A stretch of DNA of 49,236 bases from Candidatus Jorgensenbacteria bacterium. Its GTDB lineage: Bacteria > Patescibacteriota > Minisyncoccia > UBA6257 > GWB1-50-10. The stretch spans positions 228,895 through 278,130 of the forward strand of contig JAUSHK010000005.1 in NCBI GenBank assembly GCA_030648515.1. Reading direction: 5' to 3'. Under the pieces are notes generated by a model. It worked only from the letters and a program-made list of their open reading frames with translations, was not told the origin of the DNA and ran no database searches. Shown here in pieces: positions 37,721 to 47,111 of this stretch. Made by a program: the position numbers and the translations under genes. Numbering within the stretch: position 1 is the stretch's first letter; each line of letters opens with the position of its first letter.

Positions 37721-39067
37721 TCACTTTTGTTTTCTCCATTCATGGAAGAATTTATCAATATGTTCCGTCGTAACGTGCGGCATAAGTGCAAAACGGTACG
37801 CTTTTGCCATATGTCCCCTGAAAGCGCTATTCCCGTCACGCTCCTTTCGAGAGAGAGGAATTGGGAATGTACATGGAACAATACAGTAACGTATCCGTAG
37901 ATTTTCATCCAAAAGATGTTGGAAACGCACCGTTAGAATGTTCACACGGCTTGGGTATGTAATCACGCCGGGAATCTTTTGGAACCTCTCTGTGAGATAA
38001 TTCCGCACATTCATGCATTGCGCGGCCATTGAGGCATATCCTTCATAGCCGTAATGCTGAAATGTCGCCCAGCACGCTGCTGCAATTGCGCCGGAACGGG
38101 AACCGGGCACTGTATAATCCTCGTGGCCGAAAATGTACGGCGCGGCGGTTTTTGTGTATTCCAATAGTCCCTTTCGGCAGAGAAATATACCTGCCGAATA
38201 AGGAATGCCGCCTGTTTTGTGCGCGTCAAGCGATATTGAGTTCACCAGTGAATTCTGGAATGCGAAATGGCAATTTGGTTCCACGAACGGGATTACAAAT
38301 CCGCCAAACGCCGCATCTACATGTATTGTCACCGTGATGCCGAGTTCTCGCTGAAGACGCTCGAGCACTGTGTTGATGGCGCCTATTTGATCAATACTTC
38401 CAAAGTTGATAGTGCCCGCAGTGAGAAACACAGCGAACCTGCGGTATCCTTTTTGGGAATACTGCAGAATGCATTTTTCCAAGATTTCGGGGGTAAGTTC
38501 TCCTTGTTCGTTTGTAGGAAGTCTTTTGACAACACCTCGGCGCTCGTCTGTTGGTTCATCTGCGTCTCCGAGAAGTTGTCCAAATGCTTTTTCTGAGCTG
38601 TAGTGGAATAAAAAAGAATGAAGAACAACAATCCCTTTTCGTTCGGATTTTGAAACCTTCCGCTCCCGCCACAGCATATTGCGGGCAAGCCAAAGGCCGT
38701 GGTGGTTCCCATCTGTCCCACCCCCTTAGATATAGCCGTCAATATTCTTCTCCGGATCGCAAACGCCAAGCATTTCGGCAATTCCATAAATAAAATCTCT
38801 CTCCAAAATTTGAGTTCCTTCAAATCCGATTTCGGATGGAATTTCTTTTGTGTGATAACCAAGATTGTTTGGTTGTCGCTCTGCAAACTTTACATGCGCC
38901 TCAAGCGCAATTTTAGCCGGGGTGGTCCCAGGAAAACCTAGTACAGGGTGCTTGCCACCCCCGTACTGAATACAAGTTTCAAGAGCGTGTTCAAGTCTTG
39001 AGTTAATTTCTGAATGAGAGATGCCGTTTTTCGGCATCCATCGCCAGTGCCAGTTGTCATCTTTCAT
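37721..39067 (-). pseudogene. group II PLP-dependent decarboxylase (MfnA/Tyr/Asp decarboxylase-like) interrupted by one in-frame TAA
   Basis: ORFs 38726-39067 and 37721-38677 are in the same frame and read DGYI*GGGTDGNHHGLWLARN. HVDAAFGG, SLDAHK (PLP Lys) and GSRSGA are intact. Confidence 0.85.
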
Positions 39068-39332
39068 GGTATTCTCCTTGTAACTAGTGAGGTGCTTGTG
39101 TTTACAATGTGTACGACGCCAGTCCTTATTATTAGCATTGAAAAGTAACTAATTACGTTCTACGCCGATACACAGACGAAGTCAATAAGCGATACCGGTT
39201 CAATATTTAGCATCACTAAATAAAAGTATGAGAGCAAAAGGGCTGGATTTACCCGAACTGAAAAAGTTACTAAGAAAATGGCAGAAAAATCTTTTGTTGG
39301 AAGATTGGTTTTTATCAATAAAAATGAATATT

Positions 39333-39361
39333 AAAGCCCCGATGTTTAGAACGGGGCTTTT
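39333..39361. terminator. terminator after the GNAT gene
   Basis: aaagccccg-10 nt-cggggcttt. Confidence 0.65.
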
Positions 39362-39367
39362 GGATAG

Positions 39368-39946
39368 TTACCGGAGATTTGTTTTCCGGTACTTTCTCCA
39401 GAGCGGAAGCCAGTCTTTTTTGAAAACCGCTGTAAATATTTCGTCCCAGTACCGGCCGTTTTTATAGACCTGCTGTTTCCGTCTACCTTCTTCCTTGTAT
39501 CCGCATTTCAGCTGGTACGCGTGACTCCGCCCATTGAACGATAAAACGGAGGCGCAAACCTTGCGCAAGTTGAGTGAGTTGAAAGCGTAGTTTAAGAGCA
39601 GCATCTTAGCCTCGGTTCCATATCCCTTCCCCCAGTATTTTTTCTCTCCGATGAACGCGCCAGTAATCGCTGTTTTGTCTTTCCAGTTTATGCGGTGAAT
39701 GCCCATGCAACCAATCGGCTGATCGTCCGCAATTATCAAAAACACAATGTCGGTTTCTTTTGACTTTGACAGATTTTCAAACCACGCCTGCTCGTCCGCC
39801 TCCATCACTGGGAGATACATAGAAAGATACTGTCTTACATCGGGATCGTTGATCCATACAAGAAAGCGCGGGACGTCTTCCTTTACAACCGGGCGAAGCG
39901 TTACTTTCTTTCCCCTGAGAAATTGGATGCTATTATTTGTTTCCAT
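39368..39946 (-). CDS. GNAT N-acetyltransferase (RimJ/RimL-like)
   Basis: LRP, YWGKGYGTEA, LNLRKV and GYKEEGR. Confidence 0.92.
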   Translation of the reverse strand: METNNSIQFLRGKKVTLRPVVKEDVPRFLVWINDPDVRQYLSMYLPVMEADEQAWFENLSKSKETDIVFLIIADDQPIGCMGIHRINWKDKTAITGAFIGEKKYWGKGYGTEAKMLLLNYAFNSLNLRKVCASVLSFNGRSHAYQLKCGYKEEGRRKQQVYKNGRYWDEIFTAVFKKDWLPLWRKYRKTNLR

Positions 39947-39994
39947 GGCTGTTACTCCTTTTATAAAATGTTTTAAATGAACTTTTGGCTAAAC

Positions 39995-40172
39995 AAAAAT
40001 CTCGGCTTTTGTTCAGCCGAGATTTTTCTAAAATGTGTTTAAAAGTTTAGAAATGTAGATTAAAACTATCTCGGCTAAACGAAAGAACGCTGTTTGAAAA
40101 CAAAACAAAACAGCCCGGCATTGTAATAGCCATGTTGTGGTCGTTTACCGATTTGTAGTTTTTCCTTTCCAT
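39995..40172 (-). promoter_or_regulatory. putative leader-peptide attenuator upstream of the GNAT
   Basis: 41-aa uORF at 40172-40047, a 13-bp terminator stem at 39995-40027 and an alternative pairing segment at 40068-40076 inside the uORF. TTGACA lies at 40207-40202. Confidence 0.6.
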
Positions 40173-40310
40173 ACTAGATTTATACATCACTCCTAGGTAT
40201 GTGTCAATTTGCGTTTTTATCCATTGTGGGGGTTGATTGGCTAGTACGGCGGGGGCATAATGGAATTATAGGCAGGGCAGTTCATTATCAACTAAACCAC
40301 GGAGGCCGGT

Positions 40311-40730
40311 ATGAAGCGCGGCGTGAGAAACTGCTACAGAAATAATCTAACAAAAAAACAAAAGAGGCGGAGGGAACGCATTTCGCGTTTTAACAACAAG
40401 GAGCCCAGAAGTTTTAAAATCGGCAAGCAGTCAGAAGAAATTGTAGTTGTTGTACTTGAAAAGCTTAAGGATGATGGCCTTATTAAGGGTTTTAAACGGA
40501 AAAACGCGCGAGGCATTGATTTTATAATATTCCTCTGGGACGGGAGGAAAAAACCGTTTCAGGTAAAAAGCAGTTGGTACTGGGTTCAGAAACATTACGA
40601 AAAGTTTCCCAACATCCCGGTTGTTGTCGTCGGTAATCGTTATCCTGATTTAGGCAAAAGGCCTAAAAGATTCAGGTATTTAGTAAATAGTGTTTATCCA
40701 TCTGTTCGGAATTTGCTTTCTGTCGCATAG
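40311..40730 (+). CDS. small basic protein with a PD-(D/E)XK-like motif
   Basis: G..SE...GIDF...FQVKS; GGAGG SD. Confidence 0.55.
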   Translation: MKRGVRNCYRNNLTKKQKRRRERISRFNNKEPRSFKIGKQSEEIVVVVLEKLKDDGLIKGFKRKNARGIDFIIFLWDGRKKPFQVKSSWYWVQKHYEKFPNIPVVVVGNRYPDLGKRPKRFRYLVNSVYPSVRNLLSVA

Positions 40731-40755
40731 TCCTGATTTGCATTTTTACATCTAT

Positions 40756-40790
40756 CCCCCTGTGACACCGCACAGGGGGCTTTTATTTTC
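40756..40790 (+). terminator. terminator
   Basis: ccccctgtg-acaccg-cacaggggg followed by a T-rich tail. Confidence 0.65.
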
Positions 40791-40817
40791 ACCGTTTGAA
40801 TTTGCTATACTATAGAT

Positions 40818-41282
40818 ATGAATAAAACTCTTGTTGCGGTCCTTGCCGTGGTCGTTCTCGCGGTCGTCGCCTTTGGCGGATTCTACTTCGGCTCCGCGCA
40901 GGGCAAACTGGCGACTGAGAAAAAACTGGCGCCGCTTTTGAACAGCGCGTTTCCCAAACCTCCCGACGACATCCGCTTTTTGGACGGGATTGTGAAAAGC
41001 GTTTCCGGCTCGGCGATTGATCTTGAAATTGATAATATAGACGATTACATTCCGCATACTGACGGAACGCCTCGCCTTAAAGACGTGCGGCACGCCATCG
41101 TTTCGGATAAAACCACTATTACGCTGATTGATTTGGGAAAGTTCACGTCAAATGGGCAACCGACAAGGACTATTGTTAAACTCTCCGACATCAAGCCCGG
41201 CATGAATGCGACGGCGCGAAGCGGGGTAAATGTCAGAAACGTAAAAACATTTGACGCAACATCCATAGAGGTAATTCAGTAA
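40818..41282 (+). CDS. membrane-anchored hypothetical protein with a beta-rich extracellular domain
   Basis: N-terminal TM, GIVKSVSG and LSDIKPG. Confidence 0.75.
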   Translation: MNKTLVAVLAVVVLAVVAFGGFYFGSAQGKLATEKKLAPLLNSAFPKPPDDIRFLDGIVKSVSGSAIDLEIDNIDDYIPHTDGTPRLKDVRHAIVSDKTTITLIDLGKFTSNGQPTRTIVKLSDIKPGMNATARSGVNVRNVKTFDATSIEVIQ

Positions 41283-41336
41283 GCGGATTTTTACTGAAAC
41301 AACTTTTCTGCCTGCCAAAAACAAAAGCCGCCGGAA

Positions 41337-41909
41337 TCATACTGACTCCAGCGGTTTTTCGATAATTTCATCAATGAGACCGAACGCGAATGCTTTCTCC
41401 GCGCTCATTCCTTTTTCTTTTCTACATTCGGTTCTTATTTCTATTATCGCTCTACCCGTATGGCTACTTAGAATTTTGTAAATTAACTCTTGGTTTTCTT
41501 CTAAATCCTTGTATATCCTGTCCATTTTTCTCTTGTCTCTAAGCATATCCAAACTTACCTCTTTACTGTGCGATATGTGATGGATCAGAATTTCCGAGTG
41601 ACGCGCGGCCAGCCGCTTATCACACGCCTGTAGAATGATAACAGCCATTGATCTTGCAAATCCCATGACAATACCTGTCTTCTTTCCTTTGTATAGCGTC
41701 AGAGCATCATAAATACTAAGGGCTACACTAACAGAACCTCCTGCGCTTGTGATAAACACCGTGATATCGGGAGAACCTTTTTTTATAAGACGAAGCAACG
41801 CATCACGGACATATGCCCCAGTTTCACTATTAATCTCTCCCCCGATATCAATTATTCCCCGCTCTAAAAGTCCAAGCTGGAGATCGTCTAAGTGATCATA
41901 TTTCCACAT
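41337..41909 (-). CDS. divergent ClpP-family protease paralog
   Basis: ITSAGGSV, ARSMA (Ser), ILIHH (His) and GLIDEI; AGGAGG SD. Confidence 0.85.
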   Translation of the reverse strand: MWKYDHLDDLQLGLLERGIIDIGGEINSETGAYVRDALLRLIKKGSPDITVFITSAGGSVSVALSIYDALTLYKGKKTGIVMGFARSMAVIILQACDKRLAARHSEILIHHISHSKEVSLDMLRDKRKMDRIYKDLEENQELIYKILSSHTGRAIIEIRTECRKEKGMSAEKAFAFGLIDEIIEKPLESV

Positions 41910-42087
41910 CTGCGCATCCTCCTTTTATCTGTGTTTGTATTTTTATGTTTTTCTACGTTTTAATAAACTGGGCAAAGTTTAATACAGAAATTCCGCTTTG
42001 TCAATTTAAATTCTCCGCAAGGATTCTCATCTGTAACTTGCGCACCATATTTATAGAGGCAATTCAATGGACTGATTAATCCATCAG

Positions 42088-42126
42088 AAAAATAAACTGC
42101 CCTGAACACTTAGTGTGCCAGGGCAG
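42088..42126 (-). terminator. intrinsic terminator
   Basis: ctgccctg...cagggcag with a T-rich tail on the minus strand. Confidence 0.6.
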
Positions 42127-42486
42127 ATATCTTTATTTGCCGAGAAGCTCCGGCACGCAGCGCTGATAGCGCTAATGGCGCTGGCTAATGGTGGTCATAT
42201 AGACGGCCGGCCGGCGCTTGCTTTTAAAAATCTAGAATTTTTAAATTGAGTCCTACAGGAGAGATTAAACTAAGGAGCTCTTACCATTGGGCAACCTCCT
42301 TTTGTCTTTTCGCCGAAGAGATTTTCGCTTAATTTGTCCGGACAAAAAATAATTTTTCTGCCAGGTTAGTTACCTGTGGCTCCTCACAGTGTCCGAAGCA
42401 CTGCGGCCGCCAGTTCCGTTCGTTTACGAATCATTTTTTCCCTCATATAAGGTAAGGGGGTGTTCCCAGGCATTCGGGCGCGGTTT

Positions 42487-42618
42487 TTATTTCGCCCTTG
42501 CCGCGGTATTGATGATCTGGCCGGTGTTTCGTTCGCCGCCAATGGCCGGTGATAAGGTATTATTAAGGTGTTTTTCGCTTCTCTTGCCCTTGCTGGAGGG
42601 TGATCCTCGTCCCTTCAT
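42487..42618 (-). CDS. possible 43-aa small ORF
   Basis: MKGRGSPSSKGKRSEKHLNNTLSPAIGGERNTGQIINTAARAK; GGGGAG SD; upstream TTGCAT-N17-TATACT at 42709-42681. Confidence 0.3.
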   Translation of the reverse strand: MKGRGSPSSKGKRSEKHLNNTLSPAIGGERNTGQIINTAARAK

Positions 42619-42851
42619 TGTTCTGCTCCCCTTTTTGTGTTTGTAATGAACAAATGTGAACTAATCTTTACTGCTCTAGTAGTATACCACACCCCCAAAA
42701 ATAATGCAATAGGTTGCTAAAAGCGCTTAAAATGTGGGTATTTACCACTATCAAACAAAGTCCCTGCTCAGTTATGCTCACAATATGTACTGTGAAACTG
42801 AGCAGGGCTTTTTAATCTTGCCGGTTAGGTTACAACTCCACTGTGAGATCC

Positions 42852-42965
42852 TTAGGAATTGGTCCGGCCAACCGCGACGCTCATCGTATCAACACTTTCC
42901 GCCCTTTCGGCAATGCTGTTTGAACCTGCTTGAACTGCACTGGTTTGAAATAAAAGTACTCTCAT
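42852..42965 (-). CDS. possible 37-aa small ORF
   Basis: MRVLLFQTSAVQAGSNSIAERAESVDTMSVAVGRTNS; GAGGAAGGTG upstream and a 12-bp stem downstream at 42762-42807. Confidence 0.3.
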   Translation of the reverse strand: MRVLLFQTSAVQAGSNSIAERAESVDTMSVAVGRTNS

Positions 42966-43088
42966 AAACACCTTCCTCTGTACAAACGTACAAATTATTC
43001 GGTTAACTGCATTATCCCGTCTTTCTTATGTCGTAGGCAACGGGTGGTGAGCTACTTTTAGTATACCACAATCGGCTTTTTGTGTTAT

Positions 43089-43117
43089 TTGACGAGATAC
43101 GCTGTTGCCGATATAAT
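43089..43117 (+). promoter_or_regulatory. sigma70 promoter of clpP
   Basis: TTGACG-N17-TATAAT. Confidence 0.7.
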
Positions 43118-43136
43118 GTTCGTGTAAAATAACAGC

Positions 43137-43745
43137 ATGAATCCAGATGATTTTGATATGAATTTAATTCCAACCGTAATAGAAAAATCAGCGTACGGCG
43201 AACGGGCGTTTGATATTTATTCGCGCCTCCTTAAGGACCGCATTATCTTTTTGGGCGGGCCGATTGTTGACCCTGTTGCAAATAGCGTCATCGCCCAGCT
43301 TTTACTTTTAGACCATGAGGATTCAAAAAAAGACATTCAAATCTATATTAATTCCCCCGGCGGGTCCGTCACGGCAGGCCTCGCGATTTACGACACGATG
43401 CAATTCGTAAAGGCGCCGGTTTCAACCATTTGCGTCGGCATGGCAGCATCAATGGGCGCAGTGCTTCTCGCTTCTGGCGCGAAAGGAAAGCGATTTGCCC
43501 TTCCAAATTCTGAAATTCTCCTTCACCAGGTGATGGGTGGGGTTGAGGGACAGGCGATTGAAATTGAAATTACAGCAAAGCATATTTTGAAAATCAAAGA
43601 GCGTTTAAACCAAATTCTCGTAAAACACACGGGGCAAAAAACGGAAAAAATAGAAAAAGACACCGACCGCGATTTCTATCTTACCCCGCAGGAAGCAAAG
43701 GAGTACGGGCTTGTGGATGAGGTGCTGAGGAAGAATGGAAAGTAA
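43137..43745 (+). CDS. clpP: ATP-dependent Clp protease proteolytic subunit
   Basis: [31 protein letters not shown] and DRDFYL. Confidence 0.97.
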   Translation: MNPDDFDMNLIPTVIEKSAYGERAFDIYSRLLKDRIIFLGGPIVDPVANSVIAQLLLLDHEDSKKDIQIYINSPGGSVTAGLAIYDTMQFVKAPVSTICVGMAASMGAVLLASGAKGKRFALPNSEILLHQVMGGVEGQAIEIEITAKHILKIKERLNQILVKHTGQKTEKIEKDTDRDFYLTPQEAKEYGLVDEVLRKNGK

Positions 43746-43766
43746 GGGTAGTAATTGGTAATTTCC

Positions 43767-44915
43767 TTATGATATTCGGAAGAACCGCCGCTTGCCGATT
43801 TTAAGAATTGTCCCACTTCTAAGATTCAGCACTTCTGCTGGGTCTTTTTTTGTTTCATCCCCGATGGTGACTCCGCCCTGCTCAATAAGCCGTCGCGCCT
43901 CACTTTTACTTTCAATACCCGCCTTAATCAGTAAATCAATCACGGAAATCTTTTTTGAAACCTTAAGTTCCGCTACGTCATCGGGAGTTTCTTTTTTTGA
44001 AAACACGCGAATCCATTCCTCGCGCGCGCCTTTCGCGTCTTTAGAGGAGTGATATTCTGAAATGATTGTTTCCGCGAGAAGCATTTTTGCGTCCCGCGCC
44101 CCAAGATTTTTCGGGGCATCAATATCAGTAAGCGTCGTAAAATATTTTGCGACAAGTCCGTCAGGAACCGCCATGATTTTCCCAAACATATCGTTCGGCT
44201 CATCATCAAGCGCGATGTAATTCCCATAGCTCTTGCTCATCTTGCGGACGCCGTCCGTGCCTTCAATAAGCGGGACGGTCAAAACATCCTGTTCCGGCAT
44301 CCCAAAACTCCGCTGAACCCTGCGTCCCATAAGCAGATTAAATTTTTGGTCGGTGCCACCGAGCTCCACGTCCGCCTTAACCATCACCGAATCGTACCCT
44401 TGGAAGAGCGGGTAGAGAATTTCAAGAACGGAAATATCGTTGCCGCCGCGCATCCGCTTTTCAAAATCGTCGCGTTTCAAAACTTGCTGAATGGTCGCGG
44501 AACGCGTGAGTTTTAGAAACGGCTGGATTCCTTTCTCATACCACGCGCTGTTATAAAACACCTCTGCCTTTTTTATATCAATAACTTTTCCAGCCTGCTT
44601 AAGGTATTTTTTAAAATTTCGCTCAACCTCGTCTTTTGAAAGCGCGGGGCGCGTTTCTGATTTTCCTGATGGGTCACCGATTTGCGCCGTGAAATCCCCA
44701 ATAATAAGGACGACCTTGTGGCCCAAATCCTGAAACTGGCGGAGCTTGCGGAGCACGACCGTGTGTCCAAGATGAATGTCGGGGGAAGTAGGGTCAATAC
44801 CAAGCTTCACGCGCAGTGTTTTTTCGGACGCGAGCTTCTTTTCCAAACTACTCCGATCAATAATCTCTTCCACACCGCGCGAAAGGACGGTTTCTATGAG
44901 TTTCGTTTTATCCAT
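43767..44915 (-). CDS. tyrS: tyrosine-tRNA ligase (start moved to ATG 44915)
   Basis: GIDPT...HLGH, YPLFQGYD, GGTDQ, KMSKS and a C-terminal S4 domain. Confidence 0.97.
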   Translation of the reverse strand: MDKTKLIETVLSRGVEEIIDRSSLEKKLASEKTLRVKLGIDPTSPDIHLGHTVVLRKLRQFQDLGHKVVLIIGDFTAQIGDPSGKSETRPALSKDEVERNFKKYLKQAGKVIDIKKAEVFYNSAWYEKGIQPFLKLTRSATIQQVLKRDDFEKRMRGGNDISVLEILYPLFQGYDSVMVKADVELGGTDQKFNLLMGRRVQRSFGMPEQDVLTVPLIEGTDGVRKMSKSYGNYIALDDEPNDMFGKIMAVPDGLVAKYFTTLTDIDAPKNLGARDAKMLLAETIISEYHSSKDAKGAREEWIRVFSKKETPDDVAELKVSKKISVIDLLIKAGIESKSEARRLIEQGGVTIGDETKKDPAEVLNLRSGTILKIGKRRFFRIS

Positions 44916-44991
44916 TTGAAACATTGTACCGCGCGCGTTTCCAAAATAAAAGCTCCCCGGTTTTTACCTGAGGACGTTCTAGTTACCAGTT

Positions 44992-45022
44992 ATGTCCCTT
45001 CGGGACATCTCCAGTAGGGAGA
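44992..45022. repeat. intergenic double hairpin, REP-like
   Basis: atgtccc-ttc-gggacat followed by tctcc-agtag-ggaga. Confidence 0.45.
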
Positions 45023-45036
45023 CCAATTGCCGGCTT

Positions 45037-45672
45037 TTACTGCGCAATCATTTTCCCCACCTCGCCGCGAGAGGCGTGGCCCGGAACGCTGCATTGAAAC
45101 GCGTACTCCCCCGCGGGCGGGGCAATAAATGAAACGGTGCGGATCTGGCCTGATCCAATTCCCACCGAAACATCAGCGAGCGCCGGAGATTCAAATGCGA
45201 TTAAGTGTGACTCCGAATCAAGCGACGTAACGGCGATTGTAACTCGGATTCCTGCTTTAACGCCGATTATATTCGGAATAAATCCTTGCGACGATACTCC
45301 GAGCTTTATCGCGTCCGCGGGCACGTCGCTTGCCGTTATCAGCCCGGAAATTTTTGCATTCGGCGCATAGCCGGCTGGCACGTTTACAGAACCGCCCTGC
45401 CCGCCATTACTCGTTCCAGGCGTAACTGGCGTTGGTATTTGTTGCTGTGAAAATTGACCGCTAAAAATCGCTTTCAGTTTTTCAATAACCGAGGTTTCAT
45501 TGAACTGTTCAATGTTTGTTGTGTTCCCCGCGCTTGGGGTTACAGTCCCGCCTTTTCCGACTCTCGCAATTCTTTCTGCTGGCACAATAAGAAAAACGCT
45601 AAACAGAACAATGCCGCCGACAACAAGCCCGATAAAAAAAATCGTGATGACCGCTTTTATAAATGTTTCCAT
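45037..45672 (-). CDS. membrane-anchored cupredoxin-domain protein
   Basis: N-terminal TM, then H...GEYAFQCSVPGH; the usual axial Met position appears to be E (RGEVG). Confidence 0.8.
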   Translation of the reverse strand: METFIKAVITIFFIGLVVGGIVLFSVFLIVPAERIARVGKGGTVTPSAGNTTNIEQFNETSVIEKLKAIFSGQFSQQQIPTPVTPGTSNGGQGGSVNVPAGYAPNAKISGLITASDVPADAIKLGVSSQGFIPNIIGVKAGIRVTIAVTSLDSESHLIAFESPALADVSVGIGSGQIRTVSFIAPPAGEYAFQCSVPGHASRGEVGKMIAQ

Positions 45673-45718
45673 GAGTCCTATTGTATTCTATCAAAAACGG
45701 TTATGCACTCTAATAAAA

Positions 45719-46168
45719 TTAATCTGCGATTTTCTTTGCGAGTAGTTTCAATTTCTCATCATCAGCGCGTTTGTAATCATGCGATGAAATATACCCTTCG
45801 TATTTCTCAAAGTATTTATCAACGCTTGACTTAATCGGTTTCCACTCAGCTATTTTTGTGCCGTGCATTGGGAAAAGCTTAGAATGTACATGGTCGACGC
45901 CAAAACCCTCAAAAATCATACCAGTGCGTCCGACATCGTCTAACTTTATATCAAGTAACTTCGCCGTTTGCTTTGAAGCTTTTACTAATCCAGTCAGAAT
46001 TTCTTCCGGCAGATCGAAAGCATATGATGGATAATGTTCTTTTGTAATCACAACGGAAAAACCCTCAGTATTTGGAAAGATAGAAAGAAAAGCAAGATGT
46101 TTTTCATCTTCCCAAATTTTGTGCACAGGAACCTCTCCTCTTGCGATTTTACAGAAAATACAGTCCAT
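45719..46168 (-). CDS. HIT family hydrolase
   Basis: DCIFCKI and VDHVHSKLFP. Confidence 0.9.
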   Translation of the reverse strand: MDCIFCKIARGEVPVHKIWEDEKHLAFLSIFPNTEGFSVVITKEHYPSYAFDLPEEILTGLVKASKQTAKLLDIKLDDVGRTGMIFEGFGVDHVHSKLFPMHGTKIAEWKPIKSSVDKYFEKYEGYISSHDYKRADDEKLKLLAKKIAD

Positions 46169-46176
46169 AAATTTTG

Positions 46177-46247
46177 TGCGGGTAGGGAGAATCGAACTCC
46201 CGTCTCATCCTTGGCAAGGACGTGTTCTACCACTAAACCATGCCCGC
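46177..46247 (-). tRNA. tRNA-Gly(GCC)
   Basis: Cloverleaf gcgggca...cc-ttGCCaa-gg...gttcgattc...acccgca. Confidence 0.95.
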
Positions 46248-46261
46248 TTTTATTGTCTTTC

Positions 46262-46441
46262 TTATCGTGCCGGCGGTGGTGTTACAGGGCCCTCTACGTA
46301 CGGCTGGCCCGTCGGACCTGTAAACTTGTTTCCCGCTGTCGGGGCCGAGGATTGTTTTGGCGCAAACGCCGTAAGCCCGATATAGAAAATGAGCACCAGC
46401 ACGAATATCACTATTAAAACCGCTAAAACACGCTTATGCAT
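46262..46441 (-). CDS. small single-TM protein (start ATG 46441)
   Basis: MHKRVLAVLIVIF... with a Pro-rich tail. Confidence 0.65.
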   Translation of the reverse strand: MHKRVLAVLIVIFVLVLIFYIGLTAFAPKQSSAPTAGNKFTGPTGQPYVEGPVTPPPAR

Positions 46442-46488
46442 CGTGTCTATTATTACCGAAATCCTGCAATGATTCAAGTATAAAATTG

Positions 46489-46571
46489 TGCCCGGGGTCG
46501 GAGTCGAACCGACAAGAGCTTTCGCTCACAACATTTTAAGTGTTGCGCGTATACCATTCCGCCACCCGGGC
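46489..46571 (-). tRNA. tRNA-Leu(TAA)
   Basis: gcccggg...caaca-ctTAAaa-tgttg, a long variable arm and ggttcgact. Confidence 0.95.
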
Positions 46572-46573
46572 TT

Positions 46574-47044
46574 CTACTTCTTTTCTTTACGACCTCTGTG
46601 ACCTGGAGTTAAACTATGGCAATTTGGGCATAAAACTCGTAAGTTTTCTAGTCTGTTATCATGACGGTTGCCATTAATGTGATCCAGTTCAAGTGGTAAA
46701 TAACCGCCCCGTGTTTTTTGTGCCCAGTTACATTGTTCACAATACTGCGGTTTAAGTCCTTCCGCAAATAATCTTTTCTTTAGTTTAAAACTTTGGAAGT
46801 AACTGTTCTTAGAAAGAATCTTCTCCAGTGGAATTCTAGGCTTGCCAATTCCCGACAAACCAAGATTCCAACCACGACCTTTGAAATGTTTATTGTCCAA
46901 CCCGAACTCTTTTATATATTTTTTAATTTGTTCGTAATTACCACCAGCCTCTCGCAAACCGAGTTTTACAAGAACCTGACGAAAGCTGAATGAGTTTTTA
47001 ACTGCGTCTTTTAATTGGGTTTCTGTCCAAGATCTTTTCTTCAT
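46574..47044 (-). CDS. HNH endonuclease, free-standing in a tRNA cluster
   Basis: CEQC...LELDHINGNRHDNRLENLRVLCPNCH. Confidence 0.92.
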   Translation of the reverse strand: MKKRSWTETQLKDAVKNSFSFRQVLVKLGLREAGGNYEQIKKYIKEFGLDNKHFKGRGWNLGLSGIGKPRIPLEKILSKNSYFQSFKLKKRLFAEGLKPQYCEQCNWAQKTRGGYLPLELDHINGNRHDNRLENLRVLCPNCHSLTPGHRGRKEKK

Positions 47045-47111
47045 CTAAATAATTGTATCAAATGGTAAACGCAGAAGCAATACGAAACTAGTCGTATTCC
47101 ATTAATTTATG

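Noticed and set aside
38383-38886. 167-aa ORF bridging the two decarboxylase pieces, suggesting a frameshift
   Set aside because: The two pieces are already in one frame separated by a single TAA; this ORF is an alternative frame.
39228-39467. 79-aa plus-strand ORF
   Set aside because: It runs through the GNAT terminator and overlaps the GNAT 3' end; at most it is a gene fragment.
42030-42130. Possible riboswitch in the clpP spacer
   Set aside because: No riboswitch consensus that I can recognise; the hairpin is explained as a minus-strand terminator.
22900-43100. Accessory region as an integron cassette array or prophage
   Set aside because: No integrase, no recurring attC-type RYYYAAC...GTTRRRY sites, no phage structural genes, and genes lie in both orientations with their own promoters.
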